Below, one piece after another: positions 48,804 through 59,300 of a stretch of 64,000 nt of DNA. The position numbers and the translations under genes were made by a program. How positions within the stretch are numbered: position 1 is the stretch's first letter; every line of letters begins with the position of its first letter. The stretch is taken from NCBI GenBank assembly GCA_965279035.1, contig OZ257142.1:1504001-1568000 (forward strand), in the 5' to 3' direction. Below the pieces are notes generated by a model. The model did no database searches and had not been told where the DNA came from. It saw nothing but the letters and a program-made list of their open reading frames with translations. Origin of the DNA: Bacteroidia bacterium (GTDB lineage: Bacteria > Bacteroidota > Bacteroidia > M30B66).

Positions 48804-49883
48804 CTAAATAACCCTTTTTACTTCCATTTGAGTAAATCGATTTAATTCCTGAATTGAATGTTCAAAGGCTTTTTCTTGCGCTGAATTAAGTGATTTGAAA
48901 AACTGATATTCCATATGCAAGGCTTTCGAATTTACCGTTCTTTTCCAATATCCAATAACTTGTCCTTCCCATACAATGGTGCAGTTATGTATTGATTTAG
49001 GATGTGGCTTTGTATTATTTCGATCATTAAAAATGGCCGAACGATCTTTGTAGCCCATGATGTATTCATCATACATGGGTAATAGCATCATAGATGAATT
49101 GGTTAAAGAATTCACCTTTTGACTTGGTATGAAATAATATTCATTTCCTTCTGATCGAAGTGTCTGAATTTCATTGGATAATAAGGCAATGCCTTTGCGA
49201 CAATCTCCCAAAGTTAAACCCGACCAGGTTGAATAGTCCTGAACTGTTGCTGGTCCGCGGCTTTGAAAGTAACGTTTAGTCAATTCTGCCAAGGATTCTT
49301 CTTTGCTCCATTTTCGAGTTTGGGGAATTCGTTCTTCAATCAATGCATAGGTGTGTTGATTTCCTCTTTTAGCTCCACTACAGATCATTCCATTTAGTTC
49401 GGCATTCATCATCAAATAACTTAGTCTATGGCCTTCGGCTCGAATGGAATGGCGCTTAAACTCTTCATTTATTTCTTCGCGCGTAAGTTGTTTTCCTCCA
49501 TGTAAGGATTTATAAATGATCTCTGAGCTTCGATTAAATAGAGCATCATTCAATTCTGTTTGTTTGTACATAAATGCATTCACAGCATGTACGCGTGGTG
49601 CTGTGAGCGCAAGCATCCAGTGTATATCATTGGCAGAAACAAAGTGCCATGTTGGTCTTAACACATGCGTGCGAAGAAGTTGACCTTCATTGAATTCTTT
49701 TTCAATATCATCTGCAATGAGATTCGGTATGCGTAAACCAATTCCCCAAAGTGTTTGAGCATATTCCTGCGCTTGAATAGCACCAAGCCAAGCTACAAGA
49801 TCTTGAGCTTTGGTGTATCGTGACTGAATTAATTGCTGTGATACTAAACGCATCAAAGCAATATCATTTAAAGAAACATTCAT
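48804..49883 (-). CDS. AlkZ/HTH_42 family DNA glycosylase
   Basis: QxQ motif 'AIQAQ', 'RTHVLRPTWH', 'RYFQSRGPAT..D...WSG' and 'LLPMYDEY..GY'. Confidence 0.88.
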   Translation of the reverse strand: MNVSLNDIALMRLVSQQLIQSRYTKAQDLVAWLGAIQAQEYAQTLWGIGLRIPNLIADDIEKEFNEGQLLRTHVLRPTWHFVSANDIHWMLALTAPRVHAVNAFMYKQTELNDALFNRSSEIIYKSLHGGKQLTREEINEEFKRHSIRAEGHRLSYLMMNAELNGMICSGAKRGNQHTYALIEERIPQTRKWSKEESLAELTKRYFQSRGPATVQDYSTWSGLTLGDCRKGIALLSNEIQTLRSEGNEYYFIPSQKVNSLTNSSMMLLPMYDEYIMGYKDRSAIFNDRNNTKPHPKSIHNCTIVWEGQVIGYWKRTVNSKALHMEYQFFKSLNSAQEKAFEHSIQELNRFTQMEVKRVI

Positions 49884-50097
49884 GAATAAATACGTGTTCT
49901 ATTTATTGATTTATTTATTCTTGGTAAATCTAAATGAATCCATTAAATCTTAAGAGATAAATTTTTCAAAATTCTTGTACAATCAGCATTTGATTCTTGA
50001 TAGATTGATGAAAAAATGAACCATTCAATTGATCATTCAGATCAATCAACAATAATTACGAATTCTTCGGGTTTATAAATATCCCTAATTCAATCCA

Positions 50098-50979
50098 ATG
50101 AATCCGCTCTTATTTCATCAGCTGCTTTCATTATCACTACTGTGCTTTCAACCGAATTCGTTTGATTCTCATGTAGCTCATTCGAAAAGCGAATCTCTTG
50201 ATATTGCGGCTTTGTGTAAGCGTGGAATAGTGAAAATTGAATTAACATCACTCGGTTCTTATCAAGGCGAATGTGTTGAAATGAAACTCAAAAACACAAC
50301 GAACGACTCCTTGATTTTTGATTTGGAAGCTGGGCGTAAATTCATCGCATCGGATTCCTCAGCTCAAGATATTTTAATTGTAAAATCCATGCACTTTAAA
50401 TTAGCTCCACGAGCTGAGAAAAATGTTTTTGCTATAGGATATTGTTGTCGAGCTACACGCCATGCACCTCATAAAGGAATGACTTTTTCTTTGGGAGAAT
50501 TGATGCCAACTGAGTGGATTCGAGTGGCAAATTATATTAGCAATAATTCAATCCCATCTCATGCAATTCAATCGGCTGTTTGGGCTTTATCGGATGATCA
50601 TGCTGTAGCTGCTATTCAAGACGACAAAAATCAATCAGCAGATCAACTTCGGCGTTTAGTGGCAAATGTAAAAGGTGTTGAACTGCCCTGGTATTCGGTT
50701 TCATACGAATCCGATACCTCGAATTTGTTTTCCGGAAAGCCACAACGAGTTTGGGGGACTGTCGATTATTATATTCCCAATCATGCAATGATATCGATGG
50801 TGATTCATGATAAGCAAGGAAAAACGCAGAAGATTCTGGCTCAAAATTCTGCGGGTTCTCCTGGAACATATACGTATTATTTTGATCTAAATGTAGTTCA
50901 TTGGAAGCGGGGCGACTATGATTTTTGCATCTTTGAAGACGGATTGAATCTTCGTTTGAAAAAGAAATTCAGTATTTAA
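50098..50979 (+). CDS. Exported hypothetical protein with thioester-domain-like motifs and an Ig-like C-terminus
   Basis: 'GYCCRATRHAP' (aa 114-124), 'IQSAVW' (aa 157-162), and C-terminal 'PGTYTY...RGDY'. Confidence 0.6.
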   Translation: MNPLLFHQLLSLSLLCFQPNSFDSHVAHSKSESLDIAALCKRGIVKIELTSLGSYQGECVEMKLKNTTNDSLIFDLEAGRKFIASDSSAQDILIVKSMHFKLAPRAEKNVFAIGYCCRATRHAPHKGMTFSLGELMPTEWIRVANYISNNSIPSHAIQSAVWALSDDHAVAAIQDDKNQSADQLRRLVANVKGVELPWYSVSYESDTSNLFSGKPQRVWGTVDYYIPNHAMISMVIHDKQGKTQKILAQNSAGSPGTYTYYFDLNVVHWKRGDYDFCIFEDGLNLRLKKKFSI

Positions 50980-50990
50980 TACATTGAAAT

Positions 50991-51539
50991 TTGAAATCAA
51001 TTTATCGACTTTTATTTATAATACTTTTTGGTGGAACGAATGTATGCGCTCAGAATGATCCAATTTCATTTGTCCCACAAGCCTTTACTATTCTTGATTC
51101 AGCTAGTGGTTATTTGAATGAAGATTTAATAAAAGATTGGGTTTTGGTATTAAAATGTGAAAATGAAAAATTGAATCCAGAATCACTTCGTCCAGTTTTA
51201 ATATTAATAGGAACTTCTCAAGGAAATTTGGAATTATTTGCTCGTAATGACAGTGTTGTGATGTGTTCTGAATGTGGCGGTGCTATGGGCGATCCGTATT
51301 TGGGACTAGAACTGAAAGCCAATACATTTTCTTTTGAATTTTATTGTGGAACAAATGAACGTTGGACACGATCAATTTTATTTGCATTCGATTCAAAGAC
51401 GAATCAATGTATTTTAATGAAAGATGCCGGATTGCAATTTTGGGCAACTGATCCTGATAAACAAGAGTCGTATTTAAGCAATGAAGAAGATTTCGGGAAA
51501 CTGCTCTTTCAACAGTTTTCAAATGCTAAATCGTGGTAA
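50991..51539 (+). CDS. Exported hypothetical protein
   Basis: Signal peptide, 'GYLNEDLIKD' and 'CSECGGAMGDP'. Confidence 0.65.
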   Translation: MKSIYRLLFIILFGGTNVCAQNDPISFVPQAFTILDSASGYLNEDLIKDWVLVLKCENEKLNPESLRPVLILIGTSQGNLELFARNDSVVMCSECGGAMGDPYLGLELKANTFSFEFYCGTNERWTRSILFAFDSKTNQCILMKDAGLQFWATDPDKQESYLSNEEDFGKLLFQQFSNAKSW

Positions 51540-51613
51540 TTATAACAGATTTTGAATTCTATTTATTTTCATTATTTTTAAATTCATCTTTAATGAAAAA
51601 TTGATTTTAGAAA

Positions 51614-52819
51614 ATGAGAATTAAACTCGCTCTGCTTTTTTATTTAGTTCCAATTCTTTCTGTTTTTTCTCAGTGGAATCTTCGCTTTCAAACCACACAT
51701 CAACAAATGGTGAAAGTATTTAGTTCACCCAATAATGATGTTGCTTGGTTTATTACCAATATGGATTCACTTTATAAAACTTCCGATGGTGGAATGAATT
51801 GGACTAAACTTCCGCCTTCCTCTCCAAGTTTTAATCCGGATGGTTTGTTTGTGTTGAACTCAGATACTGCTTTTAAAAGTAGTAGTTCGGCATTGTTTCG
51901 AACGGTTGATGGTGGATTGAATTGGGTTCAGGTTTTTTCGGGTGCTGCATTTTCTCCACCAGTAATTTGGATGAAAGATTCTAATCAAGGATTGATGGCA
52001 TATAATGGACAAATTTACATCTCCACGGATGCTGGTTTGAATTGGAGCAATACCCTAATAACACAGCCACCTCATGCGCTGACTAGCTCATTGGGGAAAG
52101 GCTCAATCTGGATTTCGGATGATCGAATTTGGGTTACACAAAATAACGGTGGTGTTGCCTATTCGGATGATTTTGGACAATCATGGAATCAACCAGCGAA
52201 TACCGGAATATCCTTTAGTGGTTGGGGGAAGATTTCGTTCGCGAACAATGAGCTTGGTCTCGCAGTACGGCAAAATTTACCCTTTGTTTATGTTACAAAT
52301 GATGGAGGTGAAACATGGACAGCTTCGTTTAATTCTCTGGGAGCAAACGAGGATGTTTTAGCTTTCGGAACAGAAATGTGGTTTATTCCAAATTCAGCTG
52401 ATCATTTTTATGTTCAACATTCTTCGGATCAAGGCTCATCTTGGCAAGTGCAATTAAACGATCCTGATGGATTTGATATTTTGGAGAAATCGCGCAATGG
52501 AAATCGCGTGTGGGCTGGTTCGGATAAAGGAAAAGTCTATTTACTCGAAACCGACATTGTCTTAAATAATCAGAATATTGAATCAAGGAATTTATCCGCA
52601 TTTGTTTATCCAAATCCTTCTTCGAAATCATTTACCTTGAATTTACCAACGAATACGAATTGGCTTGAAATTCATTCCTCTGTTGGCGAAATAATTCTTC
52701 CTAAAACGCTTGTTCATACTGGTTTTCAATTTGGTGAAGAATTCAAACCTGGCTTATATACTGTTCATATTCAAGCTGACAATGGAATCAATAGCTATTT
52801 GAAAATTGTAAAATATTAA
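51614..52819 (+). CDS. BNR/Asp-box (YCF48-like) propeller with T9SS type A CTD
   Basis: Repeated (S/T)xDxGxxW boxes; 'VYPNPS' and 'KPGLYTV' CTD. Confidence 0.88.
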   Translation: MRIKLALLFYLVPILSVFSQWNLRFQTTHQQMVKVFSSPNNDVAWFITNMDSLYKTSDGGMNWTKLPPSSPSFNPDGLFVLNSDTAFKSSSSALFRTVDGGLNWVQVFSGAAFSPPVIWMKDSNQGLMAYNGQIYISTDAGLNWSNTLITQPPHALTSSLGKGSIWISDDRIWVTQNNGGVAYSDDFGQSWNQPANTGISFSGWGKISFANNELGLAVRQNLPFVYVTNDGGETWTASFNSLGANEDVLAFGTEMWFIPNSADHFYVQHSSDQGSSWQVQLNDPDGFDILEKSRNGNRVWAGSDKGKVYLLETDIVLNNQNIESRNLSAFVYPNPSSKSFTLNLPTNTNWLEIHSSVGEIILPKTLVHTGFQFGEEFKPGLYTVHIQADNGINSYLKIVKY

Positions 52820-52857
52820 ACCATTTTTGATAAATAAAAGATTCAATATTTGATTCT

Positions 52858-53709
52858 ATGTTGAAATTAATCAAATGTCATACGTGTCTTTTATTTACAT
52901 TCTTCTTATTCGTTTTTTCATTCGAATCACATGCTCAGTCTTATGGAGATGAGAATGGATATACCTGCATGGGTTATGGAATGCGAGCTAAAGTCCTGAA
53001 CAATCAGCTACATCCACAATCGGATATTCTATTGGAAGGATATGGAGAAACGCAGGATATTTTAGAAAATCTTAATCAAGTTTATCCAGTGTATTTGATT
53101 TCAGGAAAGGACAGTATTCCATTGGAGGTTTCTGATATTTTTAAAGGTCAGATTTATATTACACAAGTAGTTTTAAAGCACAAAGGCTCATTGGAGATAA
53201 ATCGAACCTATGAATTGTGTATTCTTAATGTTGACACTTCCTATTTATGGGATTGGAATCGCGATAATTCCCGATCAGTTCCGAATTGGAAAGTAGAACC
53301 TGAAAGAGATTCGATCTTTCACAAATGGATCAAACAGCCTAGTATTAAAAGCAAAGGGAGATTTCAACCTCAATGTGGATCAGGAAACGTTTTTTATACG
53401 TGTCAAAATGTTGAATGCATTGTTTTTCACTATGAAATTCAGGATAGCACAGAAATTCGAGTGAAAGTGTATCTTCATAATTTAACGAGTGATTCGCATT
53501 TTACCTATGTCGTTTTTTCTAAAAATGGGGAAATAGCCATTGGACATAACGAATGTTATGGAGCCTTCGAATTTGGAGTAGAAGATGAGTTCGAGATTGA
53601 GTTTGAAATACTAAATTATCAAGGAAAAGCTGTTTCAACAAAATCGGAGAAAATCAATTTCAATGCACGTGAGGTGAATGAGGCTTTTGATCGCTATGAT
53701 GTGTATTGA
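52858..53709 (+). CDS. Exported hypothetical protein
   Basis: Signal peptide ending 'SHA'; several Cys residues. Confidence 0.6.
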   Translation: MLKLIKCHTCLLFTFFLFVFSFESHAQSYGDENGYTCMGYGMRAKVLNNQLHPQSDILLEGYGETQDILENLNQVYPVYLISGKDSIPLEVSDIFKGQIYITQVVLKHKGSLEINRTYELCILNVDTSYLWDWNRDNSRSVPNWKVEPERDSIFHKWIKQPSIKSKGRFQPQCGSGNVFYTCQNVECIVFHYEIQDSTEIRVKVYLHNLTSDSHFTYVVFSKNGEIAIGHNECYGAFEFGVEDEFEIEFEILNYQGKAVSTKSEKINFNAREVNEAFDRYDVY

Positions 53710-53724
53710 AGGTATTATGATTTC

Positions 53725-54606
53725 CTATTTTAGATCTTCATTCGGATTTTTTTCATCTTTTTTAGATACTGGTAGCTTATTCATAAAGCGTTCGAATTGC
53801 CTTGGATCATAGCCCATTATAAAAGCAAGTAATGATGCAATGATGGCAAATTTGAAATAGGATTGTAAAGAAATCCCTCCGAAATCGGTGTCGGTAGGAG
53901 GAAGTATTTTGCGGCGAATGCTTTTGATTTGAAGTTTAATTTTATTTTTTTCATATACTGAGTTTGTATATTCTAAAGAGTCTTTTAATCTCAATACTTC
54001 ATGTACATAAAATTCATTTGAACGATCTTCTACTGTATCGGTTATTGGGTTTTTCCAAACAGAAAGTATGCTTGATTTAGGGATGATGATACTCGTTGAA
54101 TCTTTTGGTGCTTTTATGAGAACAGAATCTATTACTAAAGGTTTTTCCGATTTACTTATTTGTTCTTTTTTAGGTTCAGATTCTTTAGGAGCAGCCGTTA
54201 ATTCTGTAAATGAAGTTGCATATTGAATTGAAAGTAGTCCAATAAATATAATAATGCCTCGAATTGCCGATATAAATGGATTTTCAATTAATGAATGATG
54301 TACACCTTTATTTTCTAATTCATCTTGCGAAATTTTAAAGCCTTTGGTAGAAACTAATCGACTTGTAATCCCACCTAGTAATCCTGAAAAAAATGCTAAC
54401 AAAGCCACATTACTCAATGTGAAAGAAAGAAATGTTACTATTATATCTTTTAAATCATAAAAGTCATAATTAATAGCTACACGGTAATAATCCGAATCGA
54501 CTAATAAGCCAATTAAAAATAAGGCAATCCAAATAAATGAGATAATTACTCCAGCTACAATATAAAATTGTTTCTTTCTTCTACTTGATTTTACGATGGC
54601 TTCCAT
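53725..54606 (-). CDS. Hypothetical polytopic membrane protein
   Basis: About 4 TM segments and a ~110-aa hydrophilic loop; C-terminal 'LAFIMGYDP'. Starts 21 bp after the muramidase stop. Confidence 0.7.
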   Translation of the reverse strand: MEAIVKSSRRKKQFYIVAGVIISFIWIALFLIGLLVDSDYYRVAINYDFYDLKDIIVTFLSFTLSNVALLAFFSGLLGGITSRLVSTKGFKISQDELENKGVHHSLIENPFISAIRGIIIFIGLLSIQYATSFTELTAAPKESEPKKEQISKSEKPLVIDSVLIKAPKDSTSIIIPKSSILSVWKNPITDTVEDRSNEFYVHEVLRLKDSLEYTNSVYEKNKIKLQIKSIRRKILPPTDTDFGGISLQSYFKFAIIASLLAFIMGYDPRQFERFMNKLPVSKKDEKNPNEDLK

Positions 54607-54627
54607 GAATGTTTTCTATCTATTATT

Positions 54628-55449
54628 TTAAAGTGTATTATAGCGATTAAAGGCCTTTTCGAGCTTTTTGTCGTATTGATTTGTTTGGTATGCGCTACCA
54701 TTGTATCGTTTAGCAAATCCAGCCCAGTAGTGCTTTTGGATAAAACTTAGAAGATTATTTTTCTCTGCAAATTTCCCAAACACATCCAATTGGTTCGACT
54801 CCGATTGGGATAGATATGCATACATGCTTTTAGCTGAATCAAATCCCAAATCAGTAGCATGAAATCCCATGATTTGAAACAAGCCATACGATGCTGAACG
54901 GAATGCTGCTTCTTCATTTATGATAATGGCTTTATTTAAACGATCTAATTGATCTTCTTTATAATAAGGATTTGGAGTAAAATAATTGGGATAAAGAATG
55001 TTTTCATTGCCTGCTTGAATCGTGCTAGGCTGAACACCTTGCTTTTTTAATTCTTTCCAGAATATATGCCCTTCAAATAAGAGTTTAATATGTCCTTGAG
55101 AAAATCCTCTGCCGGCCGCTTCCACTTCTTGTACTGCTTTTACAGCCGCTTTTTCAATTTGGTATTTGGCTGCAAAAACATCGAAGTCAGATTCACTTAA
55201 AAATTGACTTGTATTGATTGCAGATGATTGTTTTAGTGCATGTACTTTTTCTTCCACAATCGTCCATGTTTTGGGGCCAACTAAACCATCTATTTTAAGA
55301 CCTAAATCTTTCTGTAGTTGCAACACAATTTTCTCTGTCCCTGATCCAAATATACCATCTGAAACTAGGTTATAACCGAGAGCATGGAGCTTATCTTGAA
55401 ATAAGCGGACAAACTCACCTTTACTCCCTTTTTTTAAAATATCATTCAT
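54628..55449 (-). CDS. PG-binding domain plus DUF3380 N-acetylmuramidase (endolysin-like)
   Basis: PG_binding_1 'DGIFG..TE...DGLVGPKTW'; catalytic region 'AVQEVEAAG', 'LFEGHIF', 'SASYGLFQIMGFH' and 'FAKRYNG'. No signal peptide. The likely start is the ATG at 55449. Confidence 0.9.
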   Translation of the reverse strand: MNDILKKGSKGEFVRLFQDKLHALGYNLVSDGIFGSGTEKIVLQLQKDLGLKIDGLVGPKTWTIVEEKVHALKQSSAINTSQFLSESDFDVFAAKYQIEKAAVKAVQEVEAAGRGFSQGHIKLLFEGHIFWKELKKQGVQPSTIQAGNENILYPNYFTPNPYYKEDQLDRLNKAIIINEEAAFRSASYGLFQIMGFHATDLGFDSAKSMYAYLSQSESNQLDVFGKFAEKNNLLSFIQKHYWAGFAKRYNGSAYQTNQYDKKLEKAFNRYNTL

Positions 55450-55633
55450 GATATGTTGTATTGATGCTTGAATTAGAAGTGGTCTTATGAGTACCATTTT
55501 TTAATTCTCAATTTAATCATTCAATACTAGATAAATTAAAAGATTTGAGTAAGGTGAAAATGATGGAGTTGTTGGGGAGTATTTTACACGGGGTGAAAGA
55601 ATTACGAATTATCAATTACGAATATTGTTTATA

Positions 55634-56065
55634 ACGCATTGTGCGGTTGAATTATCAATTTATTTATTCATATCAATCAATGAAATAAGGCTATAAATGC
55701 ATCTTGTTAATATATCATTCATGTTTGTCTACGACTTATTACTTCTTGTCTTGAAACAAGAATTAACCAACGGCGAAGCCCTCATGAGTACAAATAAAAA
55801 TAAACACTTACGAATAAAGAAGTTCAAGTCTGAACGATGCTGCATGCGCACAGGGCTATTTTTAGACAATTCTGCTCGGACATTCTTTTTCTAATCAATG
55901 TCGAAACATACCCTCGCCGCCCAGACAATGCCATCGCAAGCTCCGTTTTAAACCTAATTTTACTTTAAAATAATTTTATTTAAAAGCCTTTCTCTAGTGT
56001 TTAAAATTGACATATGCGATTAACATTATTGAAGATTATATTTAATTTTTAACCGCACAACGGGT
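55634..56065. mobile_element. MITE copy 3 (432 bp)
   Basis: Ends ACGCATTGTGCGGTT / AACCGCACAACGGGT. Perfect 8-bp duplication TGTTTATA at 55626-55633 and 56066-56073. Confidence 0.9.
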
Positions 56066-56337
56066 TGTTTATATTGTATTTTATTCGAGAATTGCTTAAA
56101 TATTTTCGAAAGTGAAATTTGTATAAATGAAATTTAAATAATTTACATAATCCCAAATTTTGGAAGCATGATTTTAAAAAAAAACAATAAGTAAATCCAA
56201 TTGCAATTATTTTGTTCTTAAATAGATTTTTCCTTTTTGATCAACATGATTATTTGTCAAACAATTGAAATAATCTATTTTTGAGTTTCATCAGGATGAA
56301 AAATACTCAAAACACTCATATTTCAATTAATTAATTC

Positions 56338-59300
56338 GTGAATAAAATAAATGCTATATTCTTGCTTCTGCTCTTTTTTTCGTGCAGTTCAGAATCAAAA
56401 AAGCAGCATGCTGATAATGGACCCAAGGTAACAGATGCCATGGGTACAATTGTGCCACCTGAAACAATCGAACCACCTGAAATTGTTCTGTTGGATGAAA
56501 GCAAATTGATTCATAAACCATTAGGGAATCCTGTTCCTTATCCCATATTAACAAATGCTCATTTAGCAGGAACTCCAACTATTAAGTCAGTTATCAATCC
56601 AACTATTATTATTCCAGGTAGAGATACCTTGATGGCTCCGGAGGTAATTCAAACGACTGATAGTCCTTTTGTTGTTAAGAAGTCAATTCCGATTCCTGCT
56701 TTACCTATGCGAACAAAGGATGTATCTCCGTTCAACTTCAATTATCTCAGTGAAGATCAAGGACTGATTTCATCGAATGTTTTAAAAATCCTGGAAGATA
56801 AAAAGGGGAATCTCTGGTTGGGTACTGATGGTGGAGGAGTATGCAAGTACGATGGGAAATCATTTACAAATTTCACCGAAAAAGAAGGCTTGTCGAGTAA
56901 TGCCGTATTCTCCATTTTAGAAGATAAAAAAGGAAATTTTTGGTTTGGGATGAGATCTGGAGGAATAATTAAATTCGATGGTCAAAATTTCACTCATTAT
57001 TCTATTAATGAAGGGTTGGGAGATGATGAAGTTTATTCGATGTATGAAGATAAACGTGGAAAATTTTGGATTGGTCAAAAAAAAGGAATCACCCGATTTG
57101 ATGGAAAATCATTTACACATTATTTTACCAAACAAGGTATTTCAAAAGGGAATATATTTTCCATTATAGAAGATAAAAAAGGATTTATTTGGTTTGCTAG
57201 TTTAGGAGGTGGGATTTATAGATTTGATGGTAAAACATTTATAAATTTTACTACGAAAGATGGTCTTTCTGATGACAGAACATCGAATATTATAGAAGAC
57301 CGAAAAGGTAACTTGTGGATTACCACACATGGAGGAGGTATCAATAAATTCGATGGGAAACAATTCTATAACTATTCTGAAGATGCAGGTTTAGTAAGCA
57401 AGTATGTAAATTCTATTTTTGAAGTTAAAAACGGCAATTTATGGATATGTACGAATTATGGAATTAGTGTATTTGATGGTAAATATTTCACAAACTATAC
57501 AGAAAAAGATGGATTAAGTAACAATTTTACTAAGTGTGTTTTGGAAGATGAAGTTGGAAATATATGGATTGGTACTATGGATGGAGGTCTTTGTAAATAT
57601 TATGGGAAGGCTTTCACCAACTATTTTGATGTTGCAATCCAAAGCATAAAAGGAGTAAGGCATGTAAGAGAAGACAATAAAGGCCAAATTTGGTTCGGGA
57701 CAAACTTTGAGGGTTTATTTAAATATGACGGAAAATATGTTTGGAAATACACTAAAGAAGAAGGATTAAGCAGTAATTCAATATCATCATTATTATTAGA
57801 TAAATTCGGGAATATATGGATTGGGGCATTTGGCTATGGTGTTGGTAAAATTGATGGAAAAACAATTACCTATTTTACTACACAAGATGGATTGAAGAGT
57901 AATAATGTCGTTTCAATAAACGAAGATAGTAGCGGTAATATCTGGTTTGGAACGTATGAAGGTGGAGCAACTAAATACGATGGTAATCGTGTGGAGGCAC
58001 TATTAATGGGTGCAAATATTCCTATAGATCAACAAAACGATATTCATAAAGTAACTGGAAAACCAGTAAAGACGTTTACTCATTTTACCGATAAACAAGG
58101 ATTAGGAGGTAATATTGTTTGGACAGTTTATAGAGATAAACAGAATTCTATTTGGTTTGGAACGACCGAAGGGGGAGTAACTCAGTATGATGGAAAATCA
58201 TTCCAACGCTATACAATAAATTCCGATTCGTCAAAAAACACAGTTTGGTCAATTTTTGAAGATACTAGTGGAAACATTTGGTTTGGAACTTTTGGCTCAG
58301 GAGCAATTCGATTTGATGGTAATCGGGTTGATGCTTATGAGAAGGGTGAAATTCCTTTGGATGAAATGTATGATGTTCGAAAAATTAATGGGAAGTTTGT
58401 AAAGTCATTTCTTTATATTACCGATAAAGAGGGTTTAAGCAACAATGTTGTTCGATCTATTTTTCAGGATAAGAAGGAAGATCTATGGATAGCAACAAGT
58501 AAGTCGATACATCTTTTTAAATTAAAAAATCAAAATGAGAATCAATCGACACATTCGACAATTCATTCACCTTTGCGGATTTTTGATACGCATCAACTGG
58601 TAGAATTGAATAAAGAAGATGGTGCAAAAGTCGATGGTTTCTATCCAAACAGTGTGTTTTTGGATCGACACAACCGCATTTGGTGGGCAAGCACTTTATC
58701 CCTAAGCAGACTCGATTTAAATGAGTTTAATACCGATAAGATTGTACCCGAATTACAATTAGAAACAATATTAATTGATGAAAAATTTATTGATTATCTT
58801 CAATTCAAAACCGATAGTTCTCAATTTCAGGAATTACCAGAACAATTCGAGGAAATAGAATATAAAGATGTTTCGAAATTTCATAATTATCCAATTGACT
58901 TAGAATTACCCTATAATCTCAACCACTTAACATTCAATTTTATTGGCATTGATTGGTCAGCTCCGCACAAACTCAAATACCAGTTTAAACTGGAAGGATT
59001 AGATCAGGATTGGAGTCAATTATCTTCTAGCAATAAAGCAGATTACAGAAATATCCCCTTTGGGAAATACACTTTTAAATTACGAGCAATCGGCATTTCG
59101 GATAAATGGAGCAAAACGCTAGAATACACATTTGTTATCCATCCTCCTTGGTGGAGAACCTCTTGGGCTTATATAATCTACACGATTGCTACAATCTTAA
59201 CAATCGTGCTTATTGTGAATTGGAATAGCAGAAAATTGCGAGCAAGAGCCAAAGAACTTGGAATGAAGATCGATGAGGCTGTTCATGAAATAAAAGAACA

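Noticed and set aside
32536-55497. Prophage suggested by integrase plus endolysin
   Set aside because: The two genes are 20 kb apart, separated by ordinary cellular genes, with no structural, terminase or replication genes.
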